DNA of 64,000 nt from Salibacteraceae bacterium. GTDB taxonomy: Bacteria > Bacteroidota > Bacteroidia > Flavobacteriales_G > Salibacteraceae. The translations under genes were made by a program, and so were the position numbers. Below, piece by piece: positions 58,406 to 64,000 of this stretch. The notes under the pieces are model-generated. The model ran no database searches. It saw nothing but the letters and a program-made list of their open reading frames with translations, and had not been told where the DNA came from. The stretch's first letter is position 1; each line of letters begins with the position of its first letter. Location of the stretch: the NCBI GenBank assembly GCA_965659675.1, contig CBFHWY010000004.1:8110-72109 (forward strand). Reading direction: 5' to 3'.

Positions 58406-59902
58406 TCAGTTCTGTTGAGCGAGAATACCATCAGCAAACTTTCTGTTATCGGCCAACCTTGGGATCTTGTTCTGCCCCCCTAACTTCCCGATCGATCTCA
58501 TGTAGTCAACAAAACTTCCCTGTCGGCATTTTTGAACCTGTGCCCTCGCGAGAATATTCCCATCGATCAAGTCAAAATAATAGGGGTTCTGTTCCTGCAG
58601 TTTTTTATCGAGGGCATCAGCGAAGCGCTCCATGTCATCTGGCTCCTTTGTGAACTCAATGAACCATTCATGATAAGGGAGTCCAGAAGTGGGCTTCACC
58701 TGCGGGGCCAAATGAAACTCGGATACTAAAGCTCCGGTCTGCTCCATGGCATGCTTGATACAATGCTCCACTTCCTCTGCTATGACATGCTCTCCAAATG
58801 CGTTGATGAAGTGTTTGGTGCGTCCAGATACTTTAATACGATAGGGCTTAGTGCTTACAAAGCGAACTGTGTCGCCAATGAGGTAAGACCAAAGGCCTGC
58901 ATTCGTGTTTAGAACGATGGCATAATTCACCCCAGTTTCCACCTCCCAGAGGGGAATACGCTTTGGCTTGTCGGAATGAAAGTCTTCCATCGGAATGAAT
59001 TCATAGAATATATCTGCATCGAGGTTTAGTAAGAGTCCCTCTCCCTCCTCTGCATCCTGAAAAGCGATAAACCCCTCCGATGCGGGGTAGGTTTCGACCG
59101 CATCAACGCGCTTTCCCATGAGCCTTTCGAAAACTGGTCGATAAGGTTCATAGTTTAAACCCCCGTAAACAAATAATGAGAAGTTTGGGAACAGTTCGCT
59201 AATGTCCGATACCCCTGTCTTTTCAAGCATTCGCTCGAAATACATTTGCACCCAGCTTGGGATGCCTGAGATCAACCTCATATCTGCTCCGCTAGTTTCT
59301 TTTACGATCGCGTCCAACTTCTCTTCCCAGTCTTCGATACAGTTCGTTTCCCAGGAGGGCATCCTGTTCTTTTGAAGATAGGAAGGCACATGATGCGCAA
59401 CGATACCGGAGAGGCGACCAGTAGGAATCCCATTGTAATTATCCAGCTCTGGGCTGCCCTGCAGAAAGATCATTTTTCCATCAACAAAAGCGCTGTTTCC
59501 TGTTCTGCCTATGTAAAATAACAAGGCATTTCTGGCGGCACGAATATGATGATCTATGCTCGCTGATGAAATTGGAATGAATTTAGATCCGGAAGTTGTT
59601 CCAGATGTCTTACTCCAATAAACAGGCCTTCCCGGCCAAAGCACATGTTCCTCTCCTTTGAGCATACGTTCAATATAGGGCTTGAGTGCCTCATAATCTC
59701 GCAGCGGAACCGCTTCCCTGAAATCTGAATAGTTTGAGATGGAAGCAAATTGATGATCTTTTCCAAATTTGGTATGCTTTGCCATCCTTATCAATGACGC
59801 AAAGGTTCTTTGCTGCGCCTCTTTTGGATTCTGGATCCACTTTTGACTTTGGCGCACTACGATGCCCGAAAGAATTTTTGCCCCGATCGATTTTATTCCC
59901 AC
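58406..59902 (-). CDS. GH3 (auxin-responsive promoter) family adenylating enzyme
   Basis: 498 aa with a GTG start; SGTTSGSKFIP AMP-binding-like motif. Overall architecture as annotated in many Bacteroidota. Confidence 0.75.
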   Translation of the reverse strand: MGIKSIGAKILSGIVVRQSQKWIQNPKEAQQRTFASLIRMAKHTKFGKDHQFASISNYSDFREAVPLRDYEALKPYIERMLKGEEHVLWPGRPVYWSKTSGTTSGSKFIPISSASIDHHIRAARNALLFYIGRTGNSAFVDGKMIFLQGSPELDNYNGIPTGRLSGIVAHHVPSYLQKNRMPSWETNCIEDWEEKLDAIVKETSGADMRLISGIPSWVQMYFERMLEKTGVSDISELFPNFSLFVYGGLNYEPYRPVFERLMGKRVDAVETYPASEGFIAFQDAEEGEGLLLNLDADIFYEFIPMEDFHSDKPKRIPLWEVETGVNYAIVLNTNAGLWSYLIGDTVRFVSTKPYRIKVSGRTKHFINAFGEHVIAEEVEHCIKHAMEQTGALVSEFHLAPQVKPTSGLPYHEWFIEFTKEPDDMERFADALDKKLQEQNPYYFDLIDGNILARAQVQKCRQGSFVDYMRSIGKLGGQNKIPRLADNRKFADGILAQQN

Positions 59903-59937
59903 GACTCAAAGAAAAGCAATCGAGTCCACTTGATAAA

Positions 59938-59945
59938 CAAAGCTA
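59938..59945 (-). promoter_or_regulatory. -7 box TAGCTTTG upstream of the GH3 gene
   Basis: Exact TAnnTTTG on the minus strand, 35 nt from GTG 59902. Shares its TA with the dxr box. Confidence 0.35.
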
Positions 59946-59951
59946 AATTTG
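59944..59951 (+). promoter_or_regulatory. -7 box TAAATTTG 5 nt upstream of the dxr ATG (predicted leaderless)
   Basis: TAAATTTG-TCGCG-ATG(59957). Confidence 0.35.
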
Positions 59952-59956
59952 TCGCG

Positions 59957-61117
59957 ATGAAAGAAGAAGACAAACGGCATATTGCCATTTTGGGATCTAC
60001 TGGATCCATTGGTACTCAGGCTTTGGAGGTGATCGAAGAACAAAGTGATCGCTTTGTGGTGGAGCTACTTACAGCAAACCGAAATGATGAACTATTGATC
60101 AAACAGGCGCTTAAGTTCAAGCCAAATGCCGTTGTCATCGCCGATGAATCCAGATTTGAAAAAGTTCGCGATGCGCTATGGGATGATGGAATAAAAGTAT
60201 TTGCAGGTGCTGAAGCCATTGAGCAGGCCGTTCAAATGGAAGAGATCGACATGGTGTTGACTGCTATGGTCGGTTTTGCTGGACTAAAACCCACGATTTC
60301 AGCAATAAAAAGCCATAAACATATCGCGCTTGCCAATAAGGAGACGCTTGTTGTTGCTGGACAGCTCATCACTGATCTCGCCAAAGAGCACGCGGTGAAT
60401 ATCTACCCTGTCGATTCCGAACATTCTGCCATCTTTCAGTGTCTTGCAGGTGAATTCCACAACCCCATCGAAAAGATCTATCTCACTGCCTCAGGCGGGC
60501 CATTCAGAGGCAAAAAGGTCCATGAGCTTCAGCAGATGAAAAAAGAGCAGGCTTTAAAGCACCCCAACTGGGAAATGGGAGCCAAGATCACCATTGATTC
60601 GGCCACCCTAATGAACAAAGGTCTTGAGGTGATCGAAGCAAAATGGTTGTTCAACTTAAAAAGTGAACAGGTGGATGTCATTGTTCACCCTGAGTCCATC
60701 ATTCATTCTATTGTTCAGTTTGAAGATGGTAGCATGAAAGCCCAAATGGGGCTTCCAGATATGAAACTGCCTATACAATATGCATTAGGATACCCGAACA
60801 GACTCAAGTCAAGCTTCCCAAGGTTTAATTTCATGGATTATCCAAGGCTCAATTTTGAACAACCCGATAGCGATACCTTCAGAAATCTTGCGCTGGCTTT
60901 TGAAGCACTGAAGCTCGGCGGAAATGCCGCCTGTGCGCTTAATGCCGCAAATGAGGTCAGCGTGGCGAAATTTCTGGAAGATAAGATCGGATTCCTGGAT
61001 ATTGCACGTGTGAATGAGGAAACCATGAGCAAAGTGAGTTTTGAAAAAAATCCAGATTTGAAGCAACTCTTAGATAGCGATAAAGCGGCTAGAGAAATCG
61101 CCTCAGAACTCTGTTAG
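59957..61117 (+). CDS. dxr: 1-deoxy-D-xylulose 5-phosphate reductoisomerase
   Basis: IAILGSTGSIGTQAL; LANKE; DSEHSAIFQC; NKGLEVIEA. ATG 59957; 49-codon ORF-track extension trimmed. Confidence 0.95.
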   Translation: MKEEDKRHIAILGSTGSIGTQALEVIEEQSDRFVVELLTANRNDELLIKQALKFKPNAVVIADESRFEKVRDALWDDGIKVFAGAEAIEQAVQMEEIDMVLTAMVGFAGLKPTISAIKSHKHIALANKETLVVAGQLITDLAKEHAVNIYPVDSEHSAIFQCLAGEFHNPIEKIYLTASGGPFRGKKVHELQQMKKEQALKHPNWEMGAKITIDSATLMNKGLEVIEAKWLFNLKSEQVDVIVHPESIIHSIVQFEDGSMKAQMGLPDMKLPIQYALGYPNRLKSSFPRFNFMDYPRLNFEQPDSDTFRNLALAFEALKLGGNAACALNAANEVSVAKFLEDKIGFLDIARVNEETMSKVSFEKNPDLKQLLDSDKAAREIASELC

Positions 61118-62445
61118 AATAAGAGGTTAAGACCAGCTCTTGTTCCTGAATACCTTACGTCTTGGGGTAAAAAAGTCCCGATGATATTGTCGCTTGCAGC
61201 ATAAATTTGAACTGGTCCAAAGCGAAGACTTCCATGAACACCAAGGTTAGCCAGACCATTGGTACCAGCAGCATAACTTAGCCCTAATTGGGCATTCTCA
61301 CCTATGAATCGACTGTAGGCTAACTGCACTCCTGTTTGCCAATAGAACGGCATCTTTATCGCCCTAATATTGGTGTGCAACAGCGATTTATCGTTGATCT
61401 TGTAGCTAAAGAATGTATTTATAGAAAATGTGAGGCTGGTTCTGTATTCCGTATCCTCCGAGTTGACCTCCAGCAGGTTCAATACTGAATCTGTAGATAA
61501 TCCTTCAAGATCAGTACTCGCCGAGTTCCCAGGGTTTGCAAAGAGATCAAGAAGGTCTTCTCCTGAATAGGCAAGGGTATCAAAACTGCTTTCATGAATT
61601 TGGCTCCTGTTGTTCCAATTGATGAAGCCAAGGTCTAGAAGGCTCAAACCTAAATTGATCTTGTCATTCACATCGAAATCCAGACCCAGATCGATGCCAA
61701 ATCCATAATTGTTTGACCAAAAAGGTGTCTTAGAAACGATGGTCAGCGCAGAATCATTCCTCAGCATTCCCGTATTGCTGGTTTGATAGGAAAATTCCCC
61801 ATTCAACCTAAGGTCAAAAAAGTTCTCACCAGTGCTAAAACTAAGATCACTATCAAGGCTTCGCAAATTCGAAATACCCTGCAAAAGCTTCAAGGCTGCT
61901 CCGTAACGAAGATGCTCGTTCAAACTTGAAGAGTAGGATAAATAGTACTCCCTATACCAGTCGAAAGACATTCCAAAACCGTCAATATTTAAGCTGCTTC
62001 CAAGGAGGCCAAGTGCATTTCCTTCGGAAGCCAGGCGAAGGAGGTTGTAAGGTAAACTAGCAGAGGCCGAATACCTCTCTCGAATGGCAAATCTCAAATA
62101 GGCCTTTTCTCCGAGGGCTTTTCCAATACTGAACCAATCGTATGAAGCTTGAAGCCCAAGGTTTGCAGTGGTATTTACTTTAGAATACACGTTCTCGGGA
62201 TCCAGCACTAAGTAGGATGAGTCTGGATGTGGCGCTATAAACTCTCTTATTGGAAATCGGGAGGAGTTGACCGATAACATAGTGGAAGAAATTAGGGGGA
62301 GACCCACCTGAGTTTCTTCACCTGATTTGATTGCCGGGTTGAGGTATCCGACTTGAGCAACTCCCTGCAATGCCGAAGTTGCAAGGTCCGATTGAGCCCA
62401 AACAGAAAAGGGAAAACAACATAGTATAGCAATCAGAACCCTCAT
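61114..62445 (-). CDS. Outer-membrane beta-barrel protein, family uncertain
   Basis: Signal peptide ...SVWA/QSD; alternating beta-strand pattern; C-terminal ...AGLNLLF. ATGA coupling to the upstream gene. Confidence 0.6.
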   Translation of the reverse strand: MRVLIAILCCFPFSVWAQSDLATSALQGVAQVGYLNPAIKSGEETQVGLPLISSTMLSVNSSRFPIREFIAPHPDSSYLVLDPENVYSKVNTTANLGLQASYDWFSIGKALGEKAYLRFAIRERYSASASLPYNLLRLASEGNALGLLGSSLNIDGFGMSFDWYREYYLSYSSSLNEHLRYGAALKLLQGISNLRSLDSDLSFSTGENFFDLRLNGEFSYQTSNTGMLRNDSALTIVSKTPFWSNNYGFGIDLGLDFDVNDKINLGLSLLDLGFINWNNRSQIHESSFDTLAYSGEDLLDLFANPGNSASTDLEGLSTDSVLNLLEVNSEDTEYRTSLTFSINTFFSYKINDKSLLHTNIRAIKMPFYWQTGVQLAYSRFIGENAQLGLSYAAGTNGLANLGVHGSLRFGPVQIYAASDNIIGTFLPQDVRYSGTRAGLNLLF

Positions 62446-64000
62446 TCAAATTCCAATTTAACCCCGGCACGTAAATGCAATTCGTCATCATCAAATACAC
62501 TCACTTCTCTCGCATTATCTGAGCTAAGTCGGAAGTCGATGATCACTTTTTTAAAGGCTAGCACTTGTGCCGTTTGTGCCTCATTGAGCTCAACTTCAAT
62601 CGGGTTATTGATGTTTGAACTGGGAGCGCTGACCTTTCCATCACCATCTAATTGACCCGCCTCAAATATCAGCTCATCCATCACAAGCAAAGAGTCGGTA
62701 AAGCTCTCGTCGCTAAAGACCATTTTGAGTGCACCGTTCACCGGAAAGCCATTTTCGGCTCCGACCTTCAGCAAGATCTTTTTCGGACTGTTATCAAAGT
62801 CAAAATCAACATCGATGGTATCTCTCAAGATGATCCCTCTAACCTCACCTTTGAGCGGCAACCTCATGGTTGTATTCACTGTAAATGCACTGGTATCGGT
62901 CATGAAGTCGCGGGCTGTATTGCTGTCGGCATTGGCAATTCCCCTGATCTGATGGAATAACCATTTCGGTTTTGTGCCAACCAACTGATCGATGTTCGAG
63001 TTTCCTTTATCCATGAACAAGTCAGTTGTCACGCTTTCACCAACCTGATTCATATTGGGGTTTTGAATAATAAATGGATTTGGAAAAGAGCCATTGGGTC
63101 CATTTGGATCCCAAACGATTGGATTATTTGTCCCTAATTCCAGCACCTCCAGTGTGGTGAACTCCACATCTACAGGAAAGCCAAAACTGCTGATGATATT
63201 GATGTCAAGACTGGCATCCGTGAAACTCACATCACCACTGATCAGCTTTGAAAAGAGGTCCATGTAAATACTGTCCTGATCAAGACTCACAAGCTGAGGT
63301 CCAAAGTCACCATCAATATAAATGAACTCGAGATTTCGATAGCCAAACTCCAGCTCAATCGAGTCTGCAAAAGCCGGTAGATTATTGTCCATTTCCATGG
63401 TTATATCAAAATCAAACTGATTATACGCTGGAGTTCCTAGTGTAAAGTCGAAGGAATAGCCATTGAGGTCTACGATCCTTTCATGAACAGAAGGATTGGA
63501 TGCTGTGCCTCTGTCAAAGCTCACCTCCTCGTCAAAAGCAATGCCGTCTTTGGTGAGTGCAGGGATTTGTACCCTCACTTTTCCTGTTTCAGAAAAACGA
63601 GAACGGATCCTTAGGAAGGACTCACCCGATCTGAGATCCATATGTTCGATCTTCATTCCTTGAGGAATATTCCCCCCAAATGTCCTTGTTAATGTAATTG
63701 GGGACTGAATGATCACAAATCCTGGAACGTCAAATAAAACAGAGGTATCCGGAAAATTGGCGATCTCATTGGCTTCGATCGAGGCAAGCTCTCCCGAATA
63801 CTTTAATACAATGCGCCCCTCAGAGTCACTCTCCATTAGGTCTTCCACGTCGACGGTCTTCGCCAATTCCTGAGCACTTAAGCGCGTATCAATTAGGGGT
63901 ATACCAAGGTGATCCGGCCAGTTCTCTATTTTTATTCCGTCCGAGTCCAGGTATCCTTTCACACAGGAAAAGAGAAGCGTGAGAGCGAAAAATAATATGA
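62442..64000 (-). CDS. Large lipoprotein of unknown function, 5' end outside the window
   Basis: The ORF-track GTG at 63962 is preceded in frame by ...ILFFALTLLFSC (lipobox) up to the window edge, if the one-base discrepancy in the last printed line is resolved as the ORF track implies. Confidence 0.55.
   Translation of the reverse strand, partial: ILFFALTLLFSCVKGYLDSDGIKIENWPDHLGIPLIDTRLSAQELAKTVDVEDLMESDSEGRIVLKYSGELASIEANEIANFPDTSVLFDVPGFVIIQSPITLTRTFGGNIPQGMKIEHMDLRSGESFLRIRSRFSETGKVRVQIPALTKDGIAFDEEVSFDRGTASNPSVHERIVDLNGYSFDFTLGTPAYNQFDFDITMEMDNNLPAFADSIELEFGYRNLEFIYIDGDFGPQLVSLDQDSIYMDLFSKLISGDVSFTDASLDINIISSFGFPVDVEFTTLEVLELGTNNPIVWDPNGPNGSFPNPFIIQNPNMNQVGESVTTDLFMDKGNSNIDQLVGTKPKWLFHQIRGIANADSNTARDFMTDTSAFTVNTTMRLPLKGEVRGIILRDTIDVDFDFDNSPKKILLKVGAENGFPVNGALKMVFSDESFTDSLLVMDELIFEAGQLDGDGKVSAPSSNINNPIEVELNEAQTAQVLAFKKVIIDFRLSSDNAREVSVFDDDELHLRAGVKLEFE

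Noticed and set aside
63951-64000. One-base inconsistency. The last printed line has 41 characters. The ORF-track start (GTG at 63960-63962, protein MKGY...) only matches if one C at the 63960/63961 junction is dropped.
   Set aside because: I treated this as a formatting or print artefact and not as biology such as a frameshift or pseudogene. Removing the base restores both the reported ORF and an in-frame lipoprotein signal peptide (ILFFALTLLFSC). It should be checked against the source sequence.

Overview
This is a very compact chromosomal segment, well over 90% coding, and it looks like Bacteroidota (Flavobacteriia-like). The evidence for that placement is T9SS C-terminal sorting domains, TAnnTTTG -7 promoter boxes, no Shine-Dalgarno sequences, a fused MurF-Alr, a bacterial GH3 protein, and a cbb3 oxidase cluster ending in ccoQ-ccoP-ccoG-fixH.

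The content is almost entirely core metabolism and housekeeping:
- cbb3 oxidase maturation genes
- a HmuY-like / TonB-dependent receptor / AraC uptake locus
- an ALDH / lipid-kinase / Ser-Thr-dehydratase-like operon
- two histidine kinases and one response regulator, plus two rhodaneses
- hemW, DAHP synthase-chorismate mutase, glutaminyl cyclase, tdh
- hmgA-hppD-pepA-pdxA, yceD-rpmF, fabH-accB-accC
- an envelope module (nucleotidyltransferase, TPR protein, DUF4292-like, M23 peptidase)
- glyQS, prs-rplY-pth, gdhA, tdk-murF/alr, rsmI, asd, tilS, GH3, dxr
- several secreted, lipoprotein or outer-membrane proteins of unknown function

I see no rRNA, tRNA, CRISPR array, transposase, integrase or obvious defence island. 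I therefore cannot point to a clear novel multi-gene system.

The most unusual element is a self-contained minus-strand mini transcription unit at 13463-13628. It has a promoter, a 23-codon Thr-rich sORF bracketed by a 10-bp helix, a GNRA hairpin and a strong terminator, and it lies upstream of the ALDH operon.

Other points worth a second look:
- helically phased direct repeats upstream of the kinase/regulator operon
- a dual HmuY-like uptake locus with repeat operators next to its AraC gene
- predicted leaderless promoter geometry for glyQS and dxr
- overlapping divergent -7 boxes
- all 12 convergent gene junctions abut or overlap
- an 18-bp perfect palindrome with 12-nt direct repeats
- tandem paralogous outer-membrane proteins
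- a lipoprotein plus beta-barrel pair running off the window end

Several ORF-track starts (TTG/GTG extensions) were trimmed to internal ATGs, supported by protein N-termini and promoter boxes.
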